Assembly: GCF_963676685.1 (NCBI RefSeq) | Contig: NC_092353.1 | Coordinates: 38,502,001 to 38,566,000 of the forward strand | Direction of reading: 5' to 3' | Source: Mytilus edulis | Taxonomy: Eukaryota | DNA: 64,000 nucleotides | Made by a program: the position numbers and the translations under genes | Part shown: positions 29,401 to 38,228 of the stretch, one piece after another | How the letters are laid out: every line of letters begins with the position of its first letter | How positions within the stretch are numbered: position 1 is the stretch's first letter | The notes under the pieces: model-generated | Database searches by the model: none | What the model was told of the DNA's origin: nothing | What the model saw: only the letters and a program-made list of their open reading frames with translations

Positions 29401-32400
29401 ATATGTGATATCACTGTTTAATCATTTGTAGATAAAACCTGCTGTGAACATACTTTTGTGAAAAGACACTTGTGATCTACAGTCTATATTCTCTAGGTTT
29501 TTTTTCACCTTTTATCGAATTATATAACAGACCATTCACATTCAACTATTTTTAGAGATGCAAATCACATATAATCTATTTTGTACTGTATTTATCCAAT
29601 TGATTCATTGTATCAGTGATCATTTTTAATGAATATCCCTCCCCTCTTAACTTAATTTGGGAAAAATTGATTTACCTATATGGATATATGTAAAATCGAT
29701 TTTGGATTAACAAAACTTGCAGCAATGTTGACCCCCCACCCCAAACTATTTGATTTCAGTTTTTTATCCTACATCGATCTTTTGATGTCGTCCCTAAGTA
29801 TGTTGTTTGATCATCCATTTTTAAAGCTTTTATTTTGTTTTAAAACAAAAAGAAGTTTTGTTTAGGGTTAATTCTGTTACCAATAAATTAATTTTTTTAA
29901 CTAAATTTTGTATATTTCATTTTTACAGGGAGATGAAAAGAGGGTAGTAAAGCATTTCCACTTTTTAGAGTGGCCAGATTTTTCAGCCAAAGTAGAGACT
30001 ACAACATTAATTGAATTCATTACTACAGTGCGACAACATATCACACCTGATATTAAAGGTCCTACAGTCACACATTGTAGGTTAGTATGTAGGTAACACT
30101 GACCTAATTCTAAAGGTCATACAATCACACATTGCAGGTTAGTATTATCACCAAGGAAAAATTAGGTATTTTATATGTAGATCACAATGATCTAATTCTA
30201 AAGATCCTACTGTCACACATTGGAGGTAAGTATGTAGGTTACTTTTATCTAATTCTTAAGTTTCTACAGTCACATTCGAGGTAAGTGTGTAGGTCACTAT
30301 AATCTAATCATACAGATACTACAGTCACTCATTGTGGGTTAGTATGTAGGTCACTTTTATCTAATTCTAAAGGTCCTACAGTCACATTGGAGGTAAGTAT
30401 GTAGGTCACAATAACCTTATTATAAAGGTCCTACAGTCACACATTGTAGGGTAGTATGTAGGTTACAATGACCTAATTTTAAAGGTACTACAGTCACACA
30501 TTGTAGGTTAGTATGTAGGTCACAATGACCTAATTTTAAAGGTACTACAGTCACACATTGTAGGTTAGTATGTAGGTCACAATGACCTAAATCAAAAGGT
30601 TTAACAGTCAAATATTGTAGGTAAGTAAGGAGATCTTATTATCTATTTCTAAAGGTCCTAAAGTCACATTGGAGGTTAGTATGTAGGTCACTATAATCTA
30701 GTTATATAGGTCCTACAGTCATATTGGAGGTTTGAATGTAGGTCACAATGACCTAATTCTAAAAGTACTACAGTCTTTTGTTGTAGGTTAGTATGCAGAT
30801 CATAGAATTGAGTTTCTTTTGAATAATTGGATATTATTATATGAATAAGAAACATTTAGGTGTAGTTGAATGTTTATTAACTCAGAAACATTAATTTTTC
30901 AGTGCTGGTGTTGGTAGGACTGGTACATTTATTACTGTAGACTACTTGATGCAGTATGTTGAAGACCATGACTTGTCGTCACAAGTAGACATATTTGACT
31001 GGGTGATACAGATGAGAGACCATAGAACAACAATGGTGCAAACATGGGTTGGTACTATGCTTGTATTCTTTTGTGTAATATTCTGACTTACAGTGACGAT
31101 GAACAATTTGGCCTTTTCAGAATGCATTCCGGGTGGAATTTTCAAAAGTGCACACCAAAAAGTTGCTATTGGATGAAATTTTAATAGATATTCTTATTTG
31201 TATTTTCAACTACAATAAACAAACTTTCCTGTAATACTTTAGATTCTGATATGGCAAATTTTTAAATTTGAGATCTCTGTTTTTTCCCTATTTTGTCTGA
31301 TGAAAGTGATAGGAGAAAAATGTATGCCAAAGGAAATAAACCTTTTCTCCAGAATCTGTTGGTCTTTGCCTAGCCATTTTAATTTGGAATTTCTCTTTGA
31401 ACAACCAACCATCAATTGATTAATTTGGATGAACAGAAGAATAAAGTCCTAGTTTTTTTAAGAAGAAATATTTACTTCCGATTGAATGAACTTGCTAAAG
31501 TGATAAATTAAAATCTTAATATTCTTTGGTTCTGTTAATTTTTTTCTAGTGCTTTTACTTTTGTTTATACCTATGGAAATCTGGTAATTGATTTTGAGAA
31601 GTATAAGGGCTAAGATGTGTTAAAAGGAGGGTGGTATGTTACAGTCACAGTTTAACCAAACAATTTTTTATTTTTTTTCACTTTTGTTGTCAGGAATTTT
31701 GGTCCTTGATTAATTTGGAAATGATACACAATGTAATTTCAGTGCAATAAATCCAGATACCTTGATCCAATAATTTTCAAATTTTAATATTTCGTTACTC
31801 ATGACAAAATGTATTGCAGATTTATCAGTTTGAGAGTCACATCAGCTTGAAACTTAGTATTATACATGTTCATAATCTGATCTATTTAAAAGGTTTTGGT
31901 TTTGACACTGATTTATTTTTACCAGTTCACTGAACATGTAAATATGATTGCCCAAGCAGTGCATCGTGTCCCATAGACACATATTTTTGATTTTATATTT
32001 ATAAATCCATAGGGTAAATGGTTTAATTAGAGCCCTTCAACCAGAAGAGGAACAGAAACACTGATAGTAAACATGTGAAGATAATATATTGAAAAGACTG
32101 TGTTCTCTTATGATAAATGTTTCATTGTAGGCACAATATGCTTTTATCCATGACTGTCTCTCAGAAATAGTAGAAAGGAAGAGAAAATTACAGAATCCTG
32201 AAGAAAATGGAGAAGTCTGTATTGATAATTTAGCTTATGGTAAGTACAATGTATTGTTTTGTAATGGGCTTCGGTGGCGATGTGGTTTATGAAGTAGAAC
32301 TACTGTATCACTAGCCTGTCAACACTACAGATGAGAGTTTGTAGGTGCACTGGACTGCAATCTTAATTGATTAGGATTGTCAGTTTTCCTACTGAAGGTG

Positions 32401-34994
32401 ATAAGTAGGTTCTCTCAGGGCACTCCAACTTCCTCCACTTATAACAATTGACCACCAAAAAGTAATACAATAGTGTTGAAAGTGGCATTAAATACCAATA
32501 AATCAATAAATCAATGTATTATTCTGTCATCCTGGTAAAGGTTCTGTCAACATGTTATATATTTGTTCCACAATATACTTGTTACCCCTGGAACAAGACT
32601 ATGGATAATAGTTCTTCAGAAAAAACATTACACCTTCATAAGATATTTTCCTAGAACTAAAACATCATGTTGTTTCATAATATTTGTTTCTTCAGAGAAA
32701 GATTTCTTACACCTGATTGCATCTTTATTACTGCATGCAATTAATGAATTGTAGCTAGAAATGATTTTGGATATTGTAGTATATATTACTAGAACTTTGA
32801 TCATATAATAAATATTCCTAGAACTTTAATTATCTAATAACCATGATAACTATTATCTAATAACCATGATAACTATATTCCTGGAACTTTTATAACACAG
32901 TATAATAAATATTGTTCCTTAAAAGAATGAGAGTCATGTGATTTTTTACACCTGATTGCATCTTTTACAATTACTGTTTCACTCACCTGTGTATGACAAT
33001 TTACCAGTAGGCTCAGATGAAAATGCCTATACTTTACTATTGGAAATTTACTTCCCTACTGCCATTACTGGCATTGTCTTCTAAATTATATGATCCTTAG
33101 CGTACCTGATGAAGATATAATTTAGGAAAGCACTTTGTATGTTTACAATTTTTCAATGTAATGATAATGTGTAGGACACTTTCACTTAGTTTATTTTTAT
33201 GCCCCACCTACGATAGTAGAGGGGCATTATGTTTTCTGGTCTGTGCGTCCGTCCGTCTGTCCGTTCGTTCGTCCGTCCCTCTGTCCCGCTTCAGGTTAAA
33301 GTTTTTGGTCAAGGTAGTTTTTGATGAAGTTTAAGTCCAATCGACTTCAAACTTAGTACACATGTCCCCTATGATATGATCTTTCTAATTTTAATGCCAA
33401 ATTAGAGTTTTTACCCCAATTTCACGGTCCACTGAACATGGAAAATGATAGTGCGAGTGGGGCATTCGTGTACTGAGGACACATTCTTGTTACTCAATGA
33501 TTTTGTTTGGTTAAGTTCGAATGATAGAAAGCAGAATAAGACTGAAACAGAGCCGTGGTGAAGTGGTTAGCGCATAAGACTAAAAACACAAAGGTTCCTG
33601 GTTCGATATCTGTTTTTGGGGAGAAACTTTCAGGGACTTAAAATTAGGTTCTCCTTTTACACCATTTGCGAGTATGGTCTTGAGAAACTATTATAATCTC
33701 AGAAGGGATGATAAATGGCTGACCTGTGTTAAGAGAGAGCAATATCTATTGCACGTAAAAGACACCGTTGTAGATTTAGAAAAAGACAGGCTAATGCATG
33801 CTGCTACAAGGCAGCACTTGCACTAGTAAAGTGGAAAAGGATTAATATAAGTGTAATAACTTGTTTTCCAATCCACTTTAAATAAATATGTTTAAACTAA
33901 TAAGACTGAAAAAAAACCTAATTTTTTGTTAAGACGACGACGAGTGTTCACTGTAGACGTGAGTAAAATATATTTAAACCTTTTTCTTCAAAAAGATTTC
34001 TTATTCAAAGGTTGAAAGTGCATGATCAGTACAGTTTTGTTAATTTCTTCCTATATCCTCTCTTGATCTGATATGTTAGTTAAAAATATTCCAATTTTTG
34101 CTCTATGCTGAGAATTGCAGACAATTTTTGTTGAACATCCACTGTGGCATAATGGAAGTGTTCACATGTTGAGTATGGGAAGTCATAGGCTCAAACCAAA
34201 GACTTGACAACTGATATCTGCAGCTTATTTGCTTAGAACTTTGCATGTATTGAGCACTGACTAGTCAGCTCTGAGTCGAAAAATATGCCTTTATAGGGTG
34301 ACATTATTCCTTGTGATTTTTTTTCTATAAAATGTTCACAATTAAATATTTTGTATTTGAATACTGGTTGGTAGGTATATACTGTCGGCTGTTGTCTTTT
34401 GTCTGTTGGCTGTTGTTTCACTGATACATCTGTTTTGAGTCAAATGAATTTGTTGATGGAACTATAGCTACTGTTGATTCATTTATTTTTGTGAGATTAA
34501 AAAAGGGGCAAAAGCTCAAGTCAATTTCTGTTTGTTAGAAACAAAGTTAACAGTGACCCTGTCGAAAATCATATCAAAACACACTATAATAATTGCAATT
34601 CTCGGAGATGCTTCATTATTTCTCAGGATGTACTGTGGATTAATTATTATTCGTGGGATACCAATTTTCATTGATTTCGTTGGCACAGATGAAACACGAA
34701 ATCAAATGTATGACGAATTACAAATTTTCTATAAGCATGTATGCAGACTTCAGCAAATCCACGAATTTAAATATCCACGAACATGAAAGTTTTCCTCAAT
34801 CCACGAGAATTGGTATCCATGACAATAAATGAATCCACAGTATATGACAATTGTATACTTTACGTTCTCTTTGCTACCATGCATGTAGAATTTATTTTTC
34901 ATGCAATGCACTCACACTGTATCTTTTTTTCTTTTCAGAACCTGATGACCTGTATGAAAATACCAAACTTGGACCACTTCAGACAGAATTATGA
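2204..34994 (+). CDS. Receptor-type protein tyrosine phosphatase, R3-like (FN3 repeats-TM-single PTP domain); 5'-partial, 21 coding exons in window
   Basis: Join 2204-2461,3844-4062,6795-6890,9012-9172,10390-10573,10860-11021,11307-11438,12481-12620,14207-14302,15112-15187,16382-16484,17848-17934,23310-23391,23753-23843,24264-24343,28510-28644,29211-29336,29929-30080,30903-31047,32131-32239,34939-34994. All splice phases are compatible and there is no internal stop. Motifs [67 protein letters not shown]. Confidence 0.93.
2619..2826. mobile_element. Tc1/mariner-type MITE family (related copies 12061-12268, 24001-24171, 34631-34842)
   Basis: Shared ends TA-CTGTGGATT...AATCCACAG-TA and internal ACCAATTTTC core. 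Confidence 0.7.
2828..3467 (+). mobile_element. Helentron-associated element (HINE) 3' part with ~4 tandem ~162-bp units
   Basis: Units start near 2843, 3005, 3166, 3334; terminal hairpin TGCGC-tcatg-GCGCA followed by a T-rich end. Confidence 0.65.
3844..4062 (+). CDS. RPTP exon: FN3 N-part (VPDPPKNVT...GDIAGYRI...VTGLQA)
   Basis: tttcag acceptor, G|gtaagg donor, phase 1-1. Confidence 0.9.
4352..4479. repeat. ~128-bp imperfect inverted repeat at the start of a dispersed element (to ~5015)
   Basis: GAAATAATTGATGCAA.CTATACTT...AACATGGG is paired with CCCATGTTAAAACTAC...GCATCAATTATTTC. Confidence 0.75.
6003..6214. mobile_element. Tc1/mariner-type MITE
   Basis: TA-CTGTAAACCAACT ... AGTTGGTTTACAG-TA. 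Confidence 0.75.
6266..6686 (+). mobile_element. SINE-like retroposon with Nin/Deu-like core and (CAAT)n tail
   Basis: 12-bp TSD TATTGTTTGATA (6254-6265, 6687-6698); core GCACGTTAAGAACCC; CAAT tail. Confidence 0.8.
6795..6890 (+). CDS. RPTP exon: FN3 C-part ([18 protein letters not shown]...IIRTAQN), GC donor
   Basis: ttttcag acceptor; G|gcaagt donor gives the phase 1 that the next exon needs. Confidence 0.82.
7160..7516. repeat. 39-bp minisatellite, ~9 copies
   Basis: Unit GGGACTGTTAATAATAATCTGCCTTCTGATGCTGTTGTT. Confidence 0.9.
7523..8452. mobile_element. Non-autonomous TIR DNA transposon with 6-bp TSD
   Basis: TIR CAGACCTGCCAACTTT at both ends; TSD CGATAT at 7517-7522 and 8453-8458. Confidence 0.85.
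9012..9172 (+). CDS. RPTP exon: FN3 N-part (VPENIT...[16 protein letters not shown])
   Basis: tttag acceptor, gtaagt donor, phase 1-0. Confidence 0.9.
10390..10573 (+). CDS. RPTP exon: FN3 C-part (...[20 protein letters not shown]...T)
   Basis: ttccccag acceptor, G|gtttgt donor, phase 0-1. Confidence 0.9.
10860..11021 (+). CDS. RPTP exon: FN3 N-part (APYKPGNV...[15 protein letters not shown])
   Basis: tttag acceptor, A|gtaaga donor, phase 1-1. Confidence 0.88.
11307..11438 (+). CDS. RPTP exon: FN3 C-part ([19 protein letters not shown]...TTLAG)
   Basis: ttatag acceptor (in-frame alternative start at 11316), A|gtaagt donor. Confidence 0.85.
12481..12620 (+). CDS. RPTP exon: FN3 N-part (PGKPARF...[18 protein letters not shown])
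   Basis: tttcag acceptor, GAG|gtatgg donor, phase 1-0. Confidence 0.88.
12748..13331. mobile_element. MITE with TIR AAAGGAGTAGGTCC.GTAAG and a central 30-bp inverted repeat
   Basis: TIRs at both ends; internal arms 12991-13020 and 13070-13099 match 28/30; decayed relative at ~11690-11830. Confidence 0.8.
14207..14302 (+). CDS. RPTP exon: membrane-proximal FN3 middle (TYTVNDHD...ETTITIL)
   Basis: tttcag acceptor, TTG|gtaaga donor, phase 0-0. Confidence 0.75.
15112..15187 (+). CDS. RPTP exon: juxtamembrane extracellular (IFSGFKK...YVDTHDC)
   Basis: ttctgcag acceptor, T|gtaagt donor, phase 0-1 bridges to the TM exon. Confidence 0.75.
15216..15471. mobile_element. Kolobok-like MITE (second copy ~54626-54878)
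   Basis: TIR GGTGGTACC..ACAC; TTAA-like flanks; shared TACAGGGAGATAACTCTGTA. Confidence 0.7.
16382..16484 (+). CDS. RPTP exon: transmembrane helix ([28 protein letters not shown])
   Basis: tttacag acceptor, gtaagt donor; ~22-residue hydrophobic run followed by basic stop-transfer residues. Confidence 0.92.
16725..17394. mobile_element. Decayed Kolobok-like MITE
   Basis: Imperfect TIR AAGGG.C..TAGCT / TAGCCAGTGCCCCTT with TTAA-like flanks. Confidence 0.5.
17848..17934 (+). CDS. RPTP exon: cytoplasmic juxtamembrane ([28 protein letters not shown])
   Basis: ttttag acceptor, AG|gtaact donor, phase 2-2; second in-phase donor after 17928. Confidence 0.82.
22245..22490 (+). mobile_element. Decayed SINE with Meta-like domain (second remnant ~34140-34340)
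   Basis: AAGACTTAAAGATTGGTATGCACTGCTTC...ACTGGTTGGC...TCAGAATAAAGTGTC resembles the MetaSINE central domain (recalled, not aligned). Confidence 0.5.
23310..23391 (+). CDS. RPTP exon: PTP wedge region (RPIVL...[14 protein letters not shown])
   Basis: polypyrimidine tract + cag, GAG|gtaagt. Confidence 0.92.
23753..23843 (+). CDS. RPTP exon: PTP motif 1 ([12 protein letters not shown])
   Basis: KNRY motif, canonical splice sites, 91 nt. Confidence 0.95.
24264..24343 (+). CDS. RPTP exon: YDHSRV...DYINANYIP
   Basis: PTP motifs 2-3, canonical splice sites. Confidence 0.95.
24375..24622 (+). mobile_element. HINE family A, decayed (intact copy at 33195-33491; remnant ~31835-31990)
   Basis: High similarity to the 33195-33491 copy; ends GGGGCAT...ATTCTTGTT. 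Confidence 0.75.
25585..26532 (+). mobile_element. HINE (family C) nested in family B, with (GGCG/GGTC)n and ~5 x 161-bp units
   Basis: Subterminal IR AACCGGATTT/AAATCCGGTT; hairpin GCTGTCA-ttg-TGACAGC; empty-site sequence TACTTAGATTTTTGATTAT is present at 26781. Confidence 0.85.
26851..27090. repeat. 35-bp tandem repeat x7 inside HINE B
   Basis: Unit GTATTGTGCAATAGCAAGAAATCTTCAATTGCACA. Confidence 0.9.
27558..28032 (+). mobile_element. HINE (family D) with two ~168-bp units
   Basis: 5' ATACCCCC..GGGGGTAT hairpin, (CCGTCAGT)-like microsatellite, 3' GAGC-aata-GCTC hairpin. Confidence 0.75.
28510..28644 (+). CDS. RPTP exon: FIASQGPLP...DFWRMIWEQ...IVMLT
   Basis: PTP motifs 4-6, canonical splice sites. 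Confidence 0.95.
29211..29336 (+). CDS. RPTP exon: DKCEHYWP...
   Basis: PTP motif 7, canonical splice sites. Confidence 0.94.
29929..30080 (+). CDS. RPTP exon: WPD loop through catalytic HC
   Basis: [10 protein letters not shown]...KGPTVTHC(S); AG|gttagt donor, phase 2. Confidence 0.95.
30055..30803 (+). repeat. 57-bp minisatellite (~13 copies) derived from the catalytic exon/intron junction
   Basis: Unit AAAGGTCCTACAGTCACACATTGTAG|GTTAGTATGTAGGTCACAATGACCTAATTCT; the first copy overlaps the coding exon. Confidence 0.92.
30903..31047 (+). CDS. RPTP exon: [11 protein letters not shown]...[12 protein letters not shown]
   Basis: P-loop and Q-loop motifs; tttttcag acceptor, TGG|gttggt donor. 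Confidence 0.95.
32131..32239 (+). CDS. RPTP exon: [10 protein letters not shown]...IDNLAY
   Basis: End of PTP domain; ttgtag acceptor, G|gtaagt donor. Confidence 0.92.
32266..32511 (+). mobile_element. Decayed SINE with V-like domain
   Basis: GGTTCTCTCAGGGCACTCC...TTCCTCCAC core, (AATAAATC) tail, degenerate ~19-bp TSD CAATGTATT... Confidence 0.6.
33195..33491 (+). mobile_element. HINE family A, near-intact
   Basis: ATGCCCCAC / GTGGGGCAT subterminal IR, (GTCC)n microsatellite, TT flanks. Confidence 0.8.
33548..33898 (+). mobile_element. tRNA-derived SINE with Nin/Deu-like core
   Basis: A-box GTGGTGAAGTGG, B-box GGTTCGATATC, core GCACGTAAAAGACACC; 13-bp TSD AATAAGACTGAAA (33535-33547, 33899-33911). 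Confidence 0.85.
34939..34994 (+). CDS. RPTP last coding exon: [18 protein letters not shown]
   Basis: Strong polypyrimidine acceptor, phase 1, YxN motif, tandem TGA TGA stop. Confidence 0.85.
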
Positions 34995-35136
34995 TGAATT
35001 CATTATTATTATTCATTCCAGTGTATATATAACATGTGCTAATCAAATATGGTGCAACAAATTAAAAAACATGCTTTTATATGCTATATAACTACACAAG
35101 ATGTACTCTAGTTCAATTAGGTAGAATGAAAACTTC

Positions 35137-35310
35137 AGGTCAATGGTGCATCAAATGTATGTCACTGCTAACAGATGCATCTTAACATTTAGTGATTGTA
35201 AAGTCATTGGTGTATGAAATGTATGTCACTGCTGACTAATGCATTTTTACATTAAGGTCAATCATGCATGAAATATATGTCACTGCTGACAGATGCATCT
35301 TTACATGAAG
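35137..35310. repeat. Three ~55-65-bp tandem units in the RPTP 3' UTR
   Basis: Repeated GTCAAT..TGCAT.AAATGTATGTCACTGCT.AC..ATGCAT. Confidence 0.7.
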
Positions 35311-37688
35311 GTATTGTAGATTTGTAAGTTTACACAGACAGTGATTTATTATCATCACTAAAGGTATAAGACTTTATGCCTATCAAATCTGGAGAATGAT
35401 AGGAAGTTCAACTTTGTTAACATAGCTGTTTAATATAGTCCAGTCTCTTCCAGCTGCTATTTAAATCTGTAGTATGAACGAGAAGTGTAACTTTGTTAAC
35501 CTAGTTGTTTAACATAATCCAGTCTCTTCCAATACAGAGGTGCTAAAAGATGCTGATTGAAACAAAGAGCTTTATAATATATGGAAAAATGTCAGATTGT
35601 TTGTATGAATGTAAACCACTTTCTACAGTTAGTTTTCATTGGACTAAACATAAACTTACATTTAATGTTTATATTTGCAGAGCTTTATATTTATTAGAGC
35701 TTCATATCTGTCCATTTAGGACTTTATGTTTGTAAGAGCTTTAAATTTGTTAGAGCTTTATATTTCTTAAATTTTTATATTTGTTAGGGCTTTTTGTTTA
35801 GAAATCTAATGGTTTGTTAAAATTTGATCTGTTTTATTTTTAAATTTTGTTTTAAATATCTGTTTTGTTTGTGATGTGCTTGATCTGTTATGAAACTTTT
35901 TAAAACATGAACTATCTCTTACCATGACATAGTCCATGTATCCATATATTCAGAGTCCTTAGAAACTTGTAGTAGGATAGTTTTATTTGTTATTACCTTT
36001 ATGTATGATATTGAGGTGGAATCTTAACAATAAACAGTATCAACACTACTGTCCAAACTGTACCCCTTCAAAAGTATGAAATCAACTGAGGTTCTTTTTA
36101 ATTTAATTGGCTTCCTTCATTTCTCTTATTTAAACTTTGCAACACTTAATTTCAAAATGAACATTTCAAAATTGAGTTAAATTTTAAAATACATTTTTTA
36201 TGAGTAACTGCCATTGTGAATTGGTGTTGGTATGCTTGTTTGTGGTATATGTGATATTTTCTCAGAAGCTGAGCAATATGATGTGAAATTATTCTTAGGA
36301 TTGATGTCTCATACAAACAAAATTGTCAACCTCAGATATTCTTTGTTATGTCAAATAAACTAGTCAGCTAAAACCTATTCTATACATGTTATTGCAAGCA
36401 AACTGATACCAAAAACTGGCAAAAGCAGTTTGTTGAGCCTAAGCTGTTTCAAAGGAAGATATTTGATAAATAATTGAATTTTGGAAAAAAGTCTTTAATA
36501 ACAGTAATGTCAAAATACCATTTAAAGTTTTTACACTGTTGTAGTCGTCAGGTTGAAACAAAACAGAATGACTAGTAAATAGACTCCTTTTACAGCCAAG
36601 TTTGTTGTGACAGGATTTGTCAGAACAGCAGATATATTTTATATATCTTGTGCAGCCTTTGTTCATGACCTTCATTCTTCTAATAAGAGTGGTGAACAAG
36701 ATCAATGGATGTCCTTCTCATTCATTCAATAAAAGTAAAAATCAGTCAATTATGCCATAATAATTGTTTTCCTCAAGCTCAACAGATTAAAACTTCCATG
36801 TTATCAATTATATATATTTTATCTGTATGTGTACAACAAGTAAATATTTGAAATTTGTGTATAATTGTTTGTTAAAGAGTTTAATTTATAATATGCATTT
36901 TTCGTATGTATAGAAATGTATTGTTATTGTTATACAAAAATTGTTAATATATTTTCTCCCATCTTTATGTGCATAATATATGATTTTGTTAATATGTGTA
37001 ATTTCAAACTTTGCCAATTAGTCATATTATAAGGTTATAAACTTGATATACATTTTTGTCTCCAAATGATTTCTCTAAATTTTAGACCATTTGCTTCTTA
37101 TTTGAATTATGAGAGAAAAGTTATCTCGCATGATTTGTGAATTTCACAGTGTATTTTATGAAAATATTCACAATTATAGCATCTAAATTTTGACTCTTCA
37201 TGGTGTGTTTCTGAATATTTTAGTATGCACGGTTCAGATTGCTTTTTAAGGACATGACAGGAAGATTTATATTTAGGACACAGATTTATTTATGTTCTGT
37301 GATCCTTTGGATTTTGATGTTCACTACAAAGTTATTTCAGAAAGCTAATAAGATCATTAAGACGATGTCTAAGTTGAAAAAAAAACCCTTTTTACTGGTC
37401 CATGTGGCCTTTTGAACAATAAAATTTGTTTCAACCAAATAAGAGCAAAGTGGTACAGTACTTTAAGGTTTTGTCCAGACATACCTACATAATCCATTAT
37501 GATTAGCTATTGGTTGGAAAATTTGCCTTCTCAGTAAACACACTTAGCTGACAAATAATTCCGTACAACCATGCATAGTTTAAGAGACCATTCCAAATGA
37601 AAGATTGATTTTTCACAAAAGTGCATGTTCCATTCTTTTTCAACTATTTACCTCCACCATGTGTCCTTTAAACATGTGTGTTATAAGT

Positions 37689-38228
37689 ATAGATTGTAAC
37701 ATGCCCTTTTCCATATTGGCCCTGGTATCATCCCGAGACTCCCATATCAGCCTCGAGGCTTAAGCCGAAGGACGATATGGGTCAAGGGATGATTCCAGGG
37801 CCAATATGGAAAAGACATGTTATTATCTATTTATCACATATTTAAGTTCTGCATAAAAGAGAAAAAACTTCAATTATAACAGTTTAATGAAATATAACAG
37901 TTAAAATCTTTAAAATTTTATCACATAAGTTTTATCACATTTTCAAATTTAGTTTTTGTTATTTTCTCTATAGAAATTTGTTTTTGAATATAGCAAAACA
38001 CAAACGAGAGAATTTGGCCAAACTTAGGCTAAATTGATAACAGATATAAGTCTGACATATCACTTTCATCCACTGCACCTTCATTGTTCGCCATTGTTGT
38101 TAAGAATGCAATGACGTCATGTCATGTGGAATCGGGGCACAATAACCAATATACTCTTTTTTGCCCTAGACAATTTTGAGGTTATTACATATGCAAAACC
38201 CAACGTATTCATAACAAATATGTGATAA
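37689..38228. mobile_element. Hairpin-headed dispersed element (possibly Crypton-type, non-autonomous)
   Basis: ~140-bp palindrome at 37689-37830 whose centre matches 59969-60103; shared CATATGCAAAAC...TGATAA end. Confidence 0.55.

Noticed and set aside
30055-30803. CRISPR-like or mutually exclusive exon array interpretation of the 57-bp repeat
   Set aside because: No unique spacers and a eukaryotic context. Units hold only 26 nt of exon, lack polypyrimidine acceptors and contain in-frame stops.
32696-32754. Possible alternative last exon [19 protein letters not shown]
   Set aside because: Acceptor and phase fit, but there is no motif support and part of it is a local duplication; not distinguishable from chance.
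32971-33084. Frame reading [16 protein letters not shown], resembling an alternative YxN tail exon
   Set aside because: There is no AG acceptor between the in-frame TGA at 32953 and the motif, so it cannot join the phase 1 donor at 32239.
33551-33620. tRNA gene
   Set aside because: A/B boxes are present but there is no intact cloverleaf; it is the head of a TSD-flanked SINE.
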